Below, piece by piece: positions 53,466-62,622 of a stretch of 64,000 bases of DNA (within the stretch, counting starts at the first letter, position 1; every line of letters starts with the position of its first letter). The notes below the pieces were generated by a model. That model saw nothing but the letters and a program-made list of their open reading frames with translations, was not told where the DNA came from and made no database searches. Source of the stretch: an uncultured Trueperaceae bacterium. Lineage in GTDB: Bacteria; Deinococcota; Deinococci; Deinococcales; Trueperaceae. A program made the position numbers and the translations under genes. Location: assembly GCA_963815215.1 (NCBI GenBank), contig CAWFFU010000011.1:32001-96000 (forward strand), written 5' to 3'.

Positions 53466-54404
53466 GTGGATGTTCGCTCCTTCGAGGCACCCGACGGCGA
53501 GCGGCTGGACGTGGCCATCGCCATGGCGCTCGAGCTCTCCCGAACCTACGCCAAGGAACTGGTCAGCGAGGGCTACGTGACCATCGACGGCATGCCGGTA
53601 GGCAAGGCCGCGCACAAGCTCGGTGGCCACGAGATCGTTTCGGTGCTGATTCCACCCCCCCGCCCCATGCTGGTGGAGCCGGAGGACATCGATCTGGACA
53701 TCATCTACCAGGACGAGGACCTCGCCGCCATCAACAAGCCTCCCAACCTGGTAGCGCACCCCACCGCCACCGTGCGCACGGGCACGGTGGTGAATGCCCT
53801 GCTGGGCCGAATGGACCTATCGAAGGAGAGGATCTTCGACCCCGCCGATGAGGCGTACCGACCGGGGATCGTGCACCGGTTGGACAAGGACACGTCGGGC
53901 GTGATGGTGGTGGCCAAGAACGACGCCGCCCATCGGCACCTGGCCGCATCGTTCAAGAAGCGTCTCACCGAGAAGGAGTACGTGGCGATCGCCGTGGGCT
54001 CGCTGGACGACGCCGTTCACCTCGACGCGCCCATCGGCCGGCACCCCGTCCAACGTCAGCAGATGACGGTCGGCGGCGAGAACCCGAAGTCCGCCGTCAC
54101 CGCGTTCCGGGTCATCGCCAGGATCCCCGGCTATGTCCTAGTGAAGGCCAAGCCACACTCGGGCCGGACCCACCAGATCCGCGTGCACCTGGCGCACCTG
54201 GGAGTGCCGGTGCTCGGCGATACCGTGTACGGCCGTGCCTCCGAGGTGATGGAGCGGCAGGCTCTGCACGCCTACCGGCTCACCCTGCCCCATCCGCGCG
54301 ACAACCAGGCCATCACCTTCCTCGCCCAGGTGCCCGTCGACATGGTGAGCGCCTGGCTGCGTTTGGGAGGCAGTTGGCCGCCCGGCAAGGACGAGGAACT
54401 CTGA
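53466..54404 (+). CDS. rluD: RluA/RluD-family 23S rRNA pseudouridine synthase
   Basis: S4-like N-terminus, RPGIVHRLDKDTSG, GRTHQIRVH, GDTVYG, RQALHA. Confidence 0.92.
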   Translation: MDVRSFEAPDGERLDVAIAMALELSRTYAKELVSEGYVTIDGMPVGKAAHKLGGHEIVSVLIPPPRPMLVEPEDIDLDIIYQDEDLAAINKPPNLVAHPTATVRTGTVVNALLGRMDLSKERIFDPADEAYRPGIVHRLDKDTSGVMVVAKNDAAHRHLAASFKKRLTEKEYVAIAVGSLDDAVHLDAPIGRHPVQRQQMTVGGENPKSAVTAFRVIARIPGYVLVKAKPHSGRTHQIRVHLAHLGVPVLGDTVYGRASEVMERQALHAYRLTLPHPRDNQAITFLAQVPVDMVSAWLRLGGSWPPGKDEEL

Positions 54405-54487
54405 GGCGCAGAGCCCGACGTCCGGAGCCGCGGTGCGCACACTCGGTAGACTGTCCCGCAGCGTCACGATGAAGGGACGGTGGTGCC

Positions 54488-56314
54488 ATGTCCCTGACGG
54501 ACATGCCCGCATGGCAACTGGACAGCATCTATCCCGGCCTCGATAGCCGGGCCTTCAACGACGACCGCGCCGGCCTCCTCGATGGCATCGACGAGCTGGA
54601 GGCGTTCCTCGACGAACACCACATCCGGGCGCCCGAGAACGGCGGTAAGGGTGAGGCGCAGATAGCCACGCTGGAAGCCTTGATCGAGCGCCTCAACGGC
54701 CTCTACCAGCGCTTCGCCACCCTCGGCTCCTTCCTCGGCAACGCCCTCTCCGTCGACGCCGCCAACGATCGCGTACGCGCCGAGCTCACGGCACTGGATC
54801 CGGCGGAGGCGGCGCTGACCGCGCACGCCGCTCGCGTGACCGCCTGGATCGGCGCCCTCGACCTCGACGCCGCCTGCGAGCGTTCGCCGCTGATACGTGA
54901 CCATGCCCACGCGTTGAAGCGGCTCCAGGCCGAAGCGCTGCACCTGATGGGCGAAGAGGCCGAGGCCCTCGCCGCATCGCTCGACGGCAGCGCGGGGAGT
55001 GCCTGGGAACGGCTCCATTCCGATCTGGTGAGTCGCCGCACGGTGACGGTGCGCCTGCCCGATGACGACGAGCCCAGGGCGTACGGCGTCGCCGAGCTCT
55101 ACGTGAGGCTCGCCGACGAGCGTGAGGACGTAAGGGCGGCCGCGTTCGCAGCGCAGACCGAGCTCCTCGAGCGGGATGCCGTGCCCTTCGCTGCCGCCCT
55201 CAACGGGGTCAAGGGGCAGACGCAGGAACTGGCACGCAGGCGCGGCTGGCCTTCGGTGCTGGCGAGCACGCTGTTCGCCAACGCCATCGACGCCGCCAGC
55301 CTCGCGGCGATGCGCGCCGCCACCGCCGAAGCCGCACCGACGATGCGCCGCTACCTGAGGGCGAAGGCCCGCTTCCTAGGCAAGCAGACGCTGCGCTGGT
55401 CCGATCTGCAGGCGCCTGTCGCCGTCGGGGAACCGCGGCGCTTCGACTGGAACGAGGCCAAGGCGTTCGTGATCGAGCGCTTCGAGCGCTACTCGCCGAG
55501 GTTGGCCGGCTTCGCCGAGCGCGCCTTCCGCGAGGGCTGGGTCGACGTGCCGCCGCGACCCGGCAAACGCAACGGAGCCTACTGCAGCCCGGTGCTCGGG
55601 CGCCGGGAGTCCCGTGTCATGCTCAACTTCGGCGGCCGCCTCTCCGACGTGTTCACTCTGGCGCACGAGCTCGGTCACGCCTACCACAACGACTGCCTGT
55701 ACCGGTACGACCGCACCACCCTGCAGATGCAGCTACCGATGACACTGGCGGAGACGGCCAGTATCTTCTGCGAAACGCTGGTAGCCAACGGGCTGCTGGA
55801 CGAAGCCGACGAGGCCATGGAGCTCGCCATCCTGGAGCAGGACCTGCGGCAGACCTCGACGCTGGTGCTCGACATCGAGGCACGTTTCCGCTTCGAGTCT
55901 GCGGTGTTCGAGGGGCGCTCCAAGCGCACGCTGACCCCGACGGAGTTCGACGAGCTCATGAGCGGCGCGCAGGGTGAGGCGTACGGTGACGCGCTGTCCG
56001 CCGACGGCCGGCACCGGCTGGCCTGGGCCGAGAAGCCTCACTACTACTTCAGTAGCCGTTCGTTCTACAACTACCCCTACACCTTCGGGTTCCTCTTCGG
56101 TCGCGGCCTCTACAGCGTCTATCGAGCGGACCCCGACGCCTTCTTGGAGCGCTACGACGCTCTCCTCGCTGGTACCGGCATGGCCGACGCGGCCGCCCTG
56201 GCCGCGGACTTCGGCATCGACATCCGGGACCCGGGCTTCTGGAGGAGTAGCCTGGCCGTAGCCGAGGAACGCGTGGCACGGTTCGAGACTCTCGTAGGGA
56301 GGATGACGTCATGA
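54488..56314 (+). CDS. M3B oligoendopeptidase F-like peptidase
   Basis: WQLDSIYP, GKRNGAYC, TLAHELGHAYH, LAETAS.F.E, FYNYPY.FG. Confidence 0.92.
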   Translation: MSLTDMPAWQLDSIYPGLDSRAFNDDRAGLLDGIDELEAFLDEHHIRAPENGGKGEAQIATLEALIERLNGLYQRFATLGSFLGNALSVDAANDRVRAELTALDPAEAALTAHAARVTAWIGALDLDAACERSPLIRDHAHALKRLQAEALHLMGEEAEALAASLDGSAGSAWERLHSDLVSRRTVTVRLPDDDEPRAYGVAELYVRLADEREDVRAAAFAAQTELLERDAVPFAAALNGVKGQTQELARRRGWPSVLASTLFANAIDAASLAAMRAATAEAAPTMRRYLRAKARFLGKQTLRWSDLQAPVAVGEPRRFDWNEAKAFVIERFERYSPRLAGFAERAFREGWVDVPPRPGKRNGAYCSPVLGRRESRVMLNFGGRLSDVFTLAHELGHAYHNDCLYRYDRTTLQMQLPMTLAETASIFCETLVANGLLDEADEAMELAILEQDLRQTSTLVLDIEARFRFESAVFEGRSKRTLTPTEFDELMSGAQGEAYGDALSADGRHRLAWAEKPHYYFSSRSFYNYPYTFGFLFGRGLYSVYRADPDAFLERYDALLAGTGMADAAALAADFGIDIRDPGFWRSSLAVAEERVARFETLVGRMTS

Positions 56315-57090
56315 ACTACCGTGATCTCTTCGATCTCTCGGGCAAGTCCGCCCTCGTCGTGGGAGCGGGTTCGGGGATCGGGCGAGCGGTGGCGGCAGGC
56401 CTGGCCGACTTCGGGGCCCGGGTCGTGTGCGCCGACGTGCACGCCCAGACGGCGGAAGCCGCGGCAGCCGAGGTCGAGGAGCGAGGCGGAACGGCACGGG
56501 CCGTGGGCGTCGACATCACCCAGGAGGATCAGGTCCGCGACCTCATCGGCGGGCTGGACGCCCTCGACATCCTCGTGAGCACGCCGTCGATCAACGTGCG
56601 CAAGCCCCTGCTCGAGGTCACGGCCGAGGAGTTCCAGCGCGTGATCGACCTCAACCTGAAGGGCAGCTTCCTGGTGATGCGCGAAGCCGGCAAGCGCATG
56701 GCCGAACAGGGCAGCGGCAGCCTCATCTTCTTCTCCTCCATCCGCGCCCAGGTGGTGGAGCCGGGGCAGGGCGTGTACGCCGCGACCAAGGCCGGAACGC
56801 TGCAGATGATCCGAGCGCTGGCCGCCGAGCTGGGCCCGAGGGGGGTGCGCGCCAACGCAGTGGCTCCGGGCGTCGTGGAGACGCCGTTGACGGCTCAGAT
56901 CAAGAACCGGCCGGAGTGGTACCGGGCCTACGCCGAGAAAGGGGCGCTCGGCCGTTGGGCGCAACCGAGCGAGATGGTCGGCGCGGTGGTGTACCTCGCG
57001 AGCGACGCCGCCAGCTTCGTGACCGGCTCACTGCTGTTCGTGGACGGCGGCTGGACGGCTGTGGACGGGCGTTTCACCCCGCCGCTGTGA
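56311..57090 (+). CDS. SDR-family oxidoreductase
   Basis: GAGSGIG, YAATK, NAVAPG, VDGGW. Confidence 0.92.
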   Translation: MNYRDLFDLSGKSALVVGAGSGIGRAVAAGLADFGARVVCADVHAQTAEAAAAEVEERGGTARAVGVDITQEDQVRDLIGGLDALDILVSTPSINVRKPLLEVTAEEFQRVIDLNLKGSFLVMREAGKRMAEQGSGSLIFFSSIRAQVVEPGQGVYAATKAGTLQMIRALAAELGPRGVRANAVAPGVVETPLTAQIKNRPEWYRAYAEKGALGRWAQPSEMVGAVVYLASDAASFVTGSLLFVDGGWTAVDGRFTPPL

Positions 57091-58355
57091 GCCTTGACGC
57101 ACGCGCTCGTCGTGCGGCCGAGGCGGTCGACCCGGACCGGGTCGCGGCCCTGGCGCAGGGCCTGGTGCGCGCGCGCAGCGTGTTCGAGCCCGGGCAAGGC
57201 GGCAACGAAACGGCGGCCGCGGCCTTCGTGGCGGAGGCGCTGCGTGGGATCGGACTGGAGCCCCTCGTCGAAGAGGCCGCTCCCGACCGTCCCAACGTGA
57301 TCTGCGACTGGTCGGGCAGCGCTTTCGACCCCGCCGTCCACCGCACGCTCATGTTCGAGGGCCACAGCGACGTCGTCACCGAAGGCGATCCCGGCCAGTG
57401 GCGCGTGCCGCCGTTCGACGGCCGCATCGAGGGTGACGTGCTCCACGGCCGCGGCAGCGCCGACATGAAGGCCGGCGTCGCCGCCGCCATCGCGGCGCTC
57501 GAGGCCGTTCGCAGCGTTGCACCGGATCTCCCCGGCCGCATCCGTCTCGGCATCGTCGCTGACGAGGAGGGCATGATGCTCGGCATCAAGCACTTCATCG
57601 AACGGGGCTGGGCCGACGAGGTGAGCGGCGCCATCATCTGCGAACCCGAAGAGAACGAGATCTGCCTCTTCCAGAAGGGAGCCATGCGCCTGCACGTGCG
57701 CGTCCGCGGGGTGATGAGCCACGGTGCGATGCCCTACGCAGGGGTGAACCCGATCCTTGGGCTGAACGACATCCTCACGACCGTTCGCTCCATCGAACGC
57801 TCCGAGCAGGTGCGCCTGGGTACCCATCCCCACCTCGGCCTGCCCTGGATCACCCCCACCATCGTGACGGCGCCGGCCGGCGGCGAGGCGCAGCACAACG
57901 TGATGCCGGAGGAGGCCTACCTGGCCCTCGACATCCGCACGGTTCCCGGGCAGGACCACGATGCTCTGCTGGAGCAGATCGCCACGCGGTGCCGCGAGCT
58001 GGAGCGAGCGACCCCCCGGCTGAAGATCGAGGTGGAGTGCTTCGAGTCGCGGCCGTGGACCGAGACGCCCGCCGACGACCCGCTGGTGCGGGCGTTCGAG
58101 GTCGCCTACCCCGAGATCTTGCAGCGCCCGCCCCGATACGGGGGCGTACCGGGTGCCACCGACGGCACCTTCCTGCGGGCATGGCGCGACATCCCCATCG
58201 TCACCCTGGGACCGGGCGACCGCACCATCCCTCACCAGGTGGACGAGTTCGTGCGGCTGTCGGAGGCGGTGACGTCGGCCCGCCTTTACGCCGCCGCGGC
58301 CGTGGAGTACCTTGGAAAGGTCACCTCAATCCGTCCCGTTTCCGCAGACGCTTAG
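57087..58355 (+). CDS. M20 metallopeptidase (ArgE/DapE-like)
   Basis: GHSDVV, GRGSADMKAG, DEEG, CEPE, ATDG, PHQVDE. Confidence 0.92.
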   Translation: MSLDARARRAAEAVDPDRVAALAQGLVRARSVFEPGQGGNETAAAAFVAEALRGIGLEPLVEEAAPDRPNVICDWSGSAFDPAVHRTLMFEGHSDVVTEGDPGQWRVPPFDGRIEGDVLHGRGSADMKAGVAAAIAALEAVRSVAPDLPGRIRLGIVADEEGMMLGIKHFIERGWADEVSGAIICEPEENEICLFQKGAMRLHVRVRGVMSHGAMPYAGVNPILGLNDILTTVRSIERSEQVRLGTHPHLGLPWITPTIVTAPAGGEAQHNVMPEEAYLALDIRTVPGQDHDALLEQIATRCRELERATPRLKIEVECFESRPWTETPADDPLVRAFEVAYPEILQRPPRYGGVPGATDGTFLRAWRDIPIVTLGPGDRTIPHQVDEFVRLSEAVTSARLYAAAAVEYLGKVTSIRPVSADA

Positions 58356-58399
58356 GCCGCGCCGATCCGGGGGCCGGTGATCCTCGAAGGAGGAACGAC

Positions 58400-59899
58400 A
58401 TGAAGCGAGTGCTGCTCTTCCTGGTTGCGTTGACCTTGATCGGGACCCTGGCATGGGCGGCCGATCCGCCTCCCCAGCGGGGCGGCACCGTAACGGTCGC
58501 CATCACGGCCGATCCGCCGGGATGGGACCCGACCGCCTCCACCTCGCAGGAGATCGCCCGCGTGGTCTACCACAACGTCTACGAGGGCCTGGTGCGCCTC
58601 GACCGGAACGGCAACATCGTGCCGGCGCTGGCGAAGTCCTGGACGACCAGCCCAGACGGCAAGACGCTGACGTTCCAGCTTCGGACCGGTGTGACCTTCC
58701 ATGACGGCACGCCGTTCACGGCCGAGGACGTGGTGAAGACCTTCGAGCGAGCCAAGGACAAGAGCTCGGGGCACACGCACCCCGAGTACTACGCGTCGAT
58801 CGATACCGTCGAGGCGGGGCCCGACAACACCGTCGTGTTCCACCTCAACGAGCCCAACTCCAGCCTGCTGTTCAACCTGGCACGACCGGACTCGGTCATC
58901 TACCCTCCGTCCGAGGCCAGCACCCAGCGAAGCCATCCGATCGGCACCGGGCCCTTCATGTTCGCCTCCTACACGCCCGGCAGCGAAGTCGTTCTGGTGC
59001 GCAACCCCCACTACTACATCAAGGGCGAGCCCTACCTCGACAAGGTCGTGTTCAAGATCATGCCGGATCCCAACACCCGCTTCGCGGCGCTGCAGGCCGG
59101 AGACATCGACATGATCGCGAGTTCGCTGCCGCCCGAGCAGTACCTTCAGATCAAGAAGGGAAGCGTGACCGGCGTCAAGGGCACCGAGGGCACGGCCACC
59201 ACCGAGATCACGTTGGCGCTCAACAACGCCCGGCCGCCGCTGAACGACAAGCGCGTGCGCGAAGCCATCACCATGGCGATCGACAAGAAGGCGATCGTCC
59301 AGGGCGCCATGTTCGGGCTGGGCACGGTGATCAGCACGCACATGACGCCCGCGGAGCCCTACTACATCAACCCCGATCCGTACCCGTACGACCCGGCGAA
59401 GGCGAAGCAGCTCCTGGCCGAGGCCGGCTATCCGAACGGCTTCAAGATCAAGTTCGAGCTGCCACAGCCCTACCCGATCGAGCGGCGCACCGGTCAGGTC
59501 ATCGCGCAACAGCTCAAGCAGGTGGGCATCGACGCGCAGGTCTCGGTGGTCGAGTGGACCACCTGGCTGCAGCGCATCTTCCTGGGCGGCGACTACGACA
59601 TGACCATCATCGGTCACTCCGAGCCGCGCGACATCGGCATCTACGGCAACCCCAACTACTACTTCCACTACGACAACCCGGTGGTGCAGAACCTGCTCAA
59701 GCAGGCGCAGGCCGCCACCTCGCCGCAGGTGCAGACGGCCGACTACCAGGAGGTCGGTACGATCATCGCGAAGGACGCGGTCAACGTATGGGTCTTCAGT
59801 CCGCCCTACCTGGTGGCGGCGCGCAACGATGTCTACGGCTTCTGGACCAACCAACCCACCCCGGCGATCGACATGACCCGCGTCTACCGCGCTCCCTAG
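58400..59899 (+). CDS. Peptide/nickel ABC transporter substrate-binding protein (family 5)
   Basis: Signal peptide, VYEGLV, PALAKSW, GVTFHDG, PIGTGPF, YDPAKAKQLLAEAG; GGAGG RBS. Confidence 0.93.
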   Translation: MKRVLLFLVALTLIGTLAWAADPPPQRGGTVTVAITADPPGWDPTASTSQEIARVVYHNVYEGLVRLDRNGNIVPALAKSWTTSPDGKTLTFQLRTGVTFHDGTPFTAEDVVKTFERAKDKSSGHTHPEYYASIDTVEAGPDNTVVFHLNEPNSSLLFNLARPDSVIYPPSEASTQRSHPIGTGPFMFASYTPGSEVVLVRNPHYYIKGEPYLDKVVFKIMPDPNTRFAALQAGDIDMIASSLPPEQYLQIKKGSVTGVKGTEGTATTEITLALNNARPPLNDKRVREAITMAIDKKAIVQGAMFGLGTVISTHMTPAEPYYINPDPYPYDPAKAKQLLAEAGYPNGFKIKFELPQPYPIERRTGQVIAQQLKQVGIDAQVSVVEWTTWLQRIFLGGDYDMTIIGHSEPRDIGIYGNPNYYFHYDNPVVQNLLKQAQAATSPQVQTADYQEVGTIIAKDAVNVWVFSPPYLVAARNDVYGFWTNQPTPAIDMTRVYRAP

Positions 59900-59913
59900 G
59901 CTCACCAGCGAAC

Positions 59914-59940
59914 GGGGGACGACGTTCGGCGCCGTCCCCC
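59914..59940 (+). other. Intercistronic stem-loop after substrate-binding gene
   Basis: gggggacgacg-ttcgg-cgccgtccccc. Confidence 0.5.
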
Positions 59941-59950
59941 TCGCCGCTTC

Positions 59951-60895
59951 ATGCTCAGTTTCCTCACGCGCCGCTTCCTCACCGCCCTAGTCAGCGTGTT
60001 GCTGGCGTCCGTCGTGGTCTTCTCCGCGCTACTGGCGGTGCCCGGTGATCCCGCCGAGGCCATCCTCGGGCTTAACGCCAGCCCGCAGGCGCTAGGCGCG
60101 CTCCGCCACCAGCTCGGCCTCGACGAACCACCGGCGAAACGCTACGTTCAGTGGCTGGGCGGGATCCTGCATGGCGACTTCGGGGAGTCCCTGAACTACC
60201 AGAAGCCGGTGGGGTCGCTCATCCGCGACCGCCTGGCCGTCTCCGTGCCGCTGTCGCTGGGCGCCGCCCTGCTGGCGTGCCTCATCGCCCTGCCCCTGGG
60301 CATCCTGGCGGCCCTCCGCCGCGGCACCGTGCTCGATCCCTTGATCACCGCCGCGTCGCAATTGGGTGCCGCCATCCCGAGCTTCTGGCTCGGCCTGATG
60401 ATGATCCTGCTTTTCGCCGTGCGTCTGCACTGGCTGCCGGCCGGCGGCTTCGCGGGATGGCACGCCGATCCCGTGCGCTCGCTGCGCAGCCTGGTCCTGC
60501 CGGTCTTCGCCCTGGGGCTGGGGCAGGCCGCCGTGATCACCCGCATGACGCGAGCGGCGATGCTCGAGGAGCTGGATCAGGACTATGTCCGAACGGCGCG
60601 CGCCAAGGGGCTGGCGGCGCTCCGCGTAGTTCTCCTGCACGCGCTTCGCAACGCTCTGGTCACGATCGTGACGATCTTCGGGCTCAGTCTCACCAACGTC
60701 TTCATCGGCTCGATCATCATCGAGCAGGTCTTCGCCTTGCCGGGGATGGGGCGCTTGGTCCTCACCGCTATCGGCGCGCGCGACTTCCCGCTGTTGCAGG
60801 GTGAGATCCTCGTCTACGCCTCCACCATCGTGGCGCTGAGCTTCCTGGTGGACATCTCCTACGGATTCCTCGACCCGCGCATCCGGTACGAGTGA
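59951..60895 (+). CDS. Peptide ABC transporter permease (DppB-like)
   Basis: PGDPA, GDFGES, IPSFWLG, DYVRTARAKG, LDPRIR. Confidence 0.93.
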   Translation: MLSFLTRRFLTALVSVLLASVVVFSALLAVPGDPAEAILGLNASPQALGALRHQLGLDEPPAKRYVQWLGGILHGDFGESLNYQKPVGSLIRDRLAVSVPLSLGAALLACLIALPLGILAALRRGTVLDPLITAASQLGAAIPSFWLGLMMILLFAVRLHWLPAGGFAGWHADPVRSLRSLVLPVFALGLGQAAVITRMTRAAMLEELDQDYVRTARAKGLAALRVVLLHALRNALVTIVTIFGLSLTNVFIGSIIIEQVFALPGMGRLVLTAIGARDFPLLQGEILVYASTIVALSFLVDISYGFLDPRIRYE

Positions 60896-61701
60896 TGCGG
60901 CGGCTCAACCTCGTCCTGGGAACGGTGCTCATCGGAACGGTAGTGGCCGCGGCGCTGCTCAGTTTCGTGTGGTTGCCGTTCGATCCCAACGCTCTGGACT
61001 TCGCCTCCCAGCTCACCGGGCCCTCGTCCCAGCACTGGCTGGGTACGGACGAGTTCGGACGCGATCTGTTCAGCCGCGTGCTGGTCGGGGCTCGGGGGAC
61101 CCTCTACGTCGGGTTCATCGCGGTGGGCCTGGCGCTCAGCGTCGGCAGCCTGCTGGGCGCCGTCGCCGGCTACACCGGGTCGCTTCTCGACGAGCTGTTG
61201 ATGCGGCTGGTGGATGTGCTCTACGCCTTCCCCGCCATCCTGATGGCGCTTCTCCTGGCCGCCATCTACCAGCCTGGCACGCTGACCGCCATGAGCGCGA
61301 TCGGCCTCGCCACCGTGCCGATCTTCGCGCGCCTCACGCGCGCATCCGTACTCTCGTTGAAGCAGCGGGGCTACGTCGAAGCGGGTCGGGCCCTGGGCGC
61401 GAGCCACGGCCGTTTGCTGCGACGCTACATCCTCCCGGGCGCGCTCGGGCCGATCCTGGTCCAGGCGAGCCTCAGCATGGCGGTGGCCGTGCTGGCCGAG
61501 GCTGCCCTCAGCTTCCTGGGGCTGGGAACACCCCCCGGCGTGCCGTCGTGGGGGAACATGCTGCGCGAGGCACAGGGCTTCCTTGCCATGAGCCCGTATC
61601 CGGCACTCGTGCCCGGGCTCGCCATCGTCTGGACGGTGCTGGGTTGGAGCCTCCTCGGCGACGGCCTGCGCGACCTCGCCGATCCTCGAAGCCGCCGCTG
61701 A
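60892..61701 (+). CDS. Peptide ABC transporter permease (DppC-like)
   Basis: HWLGTDEFGRD, YVEAGRALGA, EAALSFLGLG, PSWG, GDGLRD. Confidence 0.93.
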   Translation: MMRRLNLVLGTVLIGTVVAAALLSFVWLPFDPNALDFASQLTGPSSQHWLGTDEFGRDLFSRVLVGARGTLYVGFIAVGLALSVGSLLGAVAGYTGSLLDELLMRLVDVLYAFPAILMALLLAAIYQPGTLTAMSAIGLATVPIFARLTRASVLSLKQRGYVEAGRALGASHGRLLRRYILPGALGPILVQASLSMAVAVLAEAALSFLGLGTPPGVPSWGNMLREAQGFLAMSPYPALVPGLAIVWTVLGWSLLGDGLRDLADPRSRR

Positions 61702-61931
61702 TGAGCCACCCGGGCGCGCCCGTGTCCGCCCCTAAGCACGAGCGCAGGCCGGCCCGGCTCGAGGCCTGGCGGCCACACGAACGTGTGTGGGATGCCTTCG
61801 GCCCGCGCGCCGCGGCTCCCCTCCAGGCTGTTGCCTTCGGATCGGCCCGCCTCGGCGGCAACCAAGGCGTAACCCGCCTCTGTCCACCATGAGACTCCCG
61901 GAACGGGAATCGAGTGGAGGAGGTCGAGAGC

Positions 61932-62471
61932 ATGTCGAGGAAGAAGATTGGCGTGAGGCTCAAGCTGGCTCATGAAACGTTCGGGAACCTTGTCGACGAG
62001 GTGCTGGCGCGCTCCGGCCTCTCGTCCCCCGATCCGTCCTCCGGAGGCGTGGCAGAGATCATCCTCGACTACCCCCTCGCCTGGGCCTTCGGACAACTCG
62101 ACACCATGAACAGCATCGAGCGCGCCCGCACACTGGTGGTGACGCAATCGGCTCATCCCGCCTACCACGACTGCCTCGCGAGCTACCACGTCAGCGGTGT
62201 CGTCGAGTCCACCAACGAGCCCGCCCTGCTGAGCGGCGTCTACGCAGCTGCAGCATCGCAGCGCACCTACCAGTGGAAGTCCGGGCTCACCTACATGGAG
62301 CTGCGAGTAACGCGCTTGCTGCTCAGAGGCTTCGATACCGGCCGGGCGGCCGCTCAACTCAGCATCTCGTTCAAGACCGTGAACGCCCACGTCTCCAACG
62401 TTCTGGGCAAGCTCGGCTACGACAATCGCGCCCAACTCGTTGCCGGTCTACTGAGCCATCACCAAGCCTGA
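61932..62471 (+). CDS. LuxR-type HTH regulator with degenerate receiver-like N-terminus
   Basis: LTYMELRV..LL.RG, LSISFKTVNAHVSNVLGKLG..NRAQL; GGAGG RBS. Confidence 0.85.
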   Translation: MSRKKIGVRLKLAHETFGNLVDEVLARSGLSSPDPSSGGVAEIILDYPLAWAFGQLDTMNSIERARTLVVTQSAHPAYHDCLASYHVSGVVESTNEPALLSGVYAAAASQRTYQWKSGLTYMELRVTRLLLRGFDTGRAAAQLSISFKTVNAHVSNVLGKLGYDNRAQLVAGLLSHHQA

Positions 62472-62622
62472 CCCAGAGTGGTCATCCCATCTCCCCAAGC
62501 GCGCCGTTCCATCTCCCGCGAACGGCGCGCCCATCGTGCCGGGACGAGCGTTCGGCCCGAGCGCCCATCCCGGCACGACACCGCGCCGCACGAACCGACG
62601 ATCGACGGCGGAGGGTCGGTTC

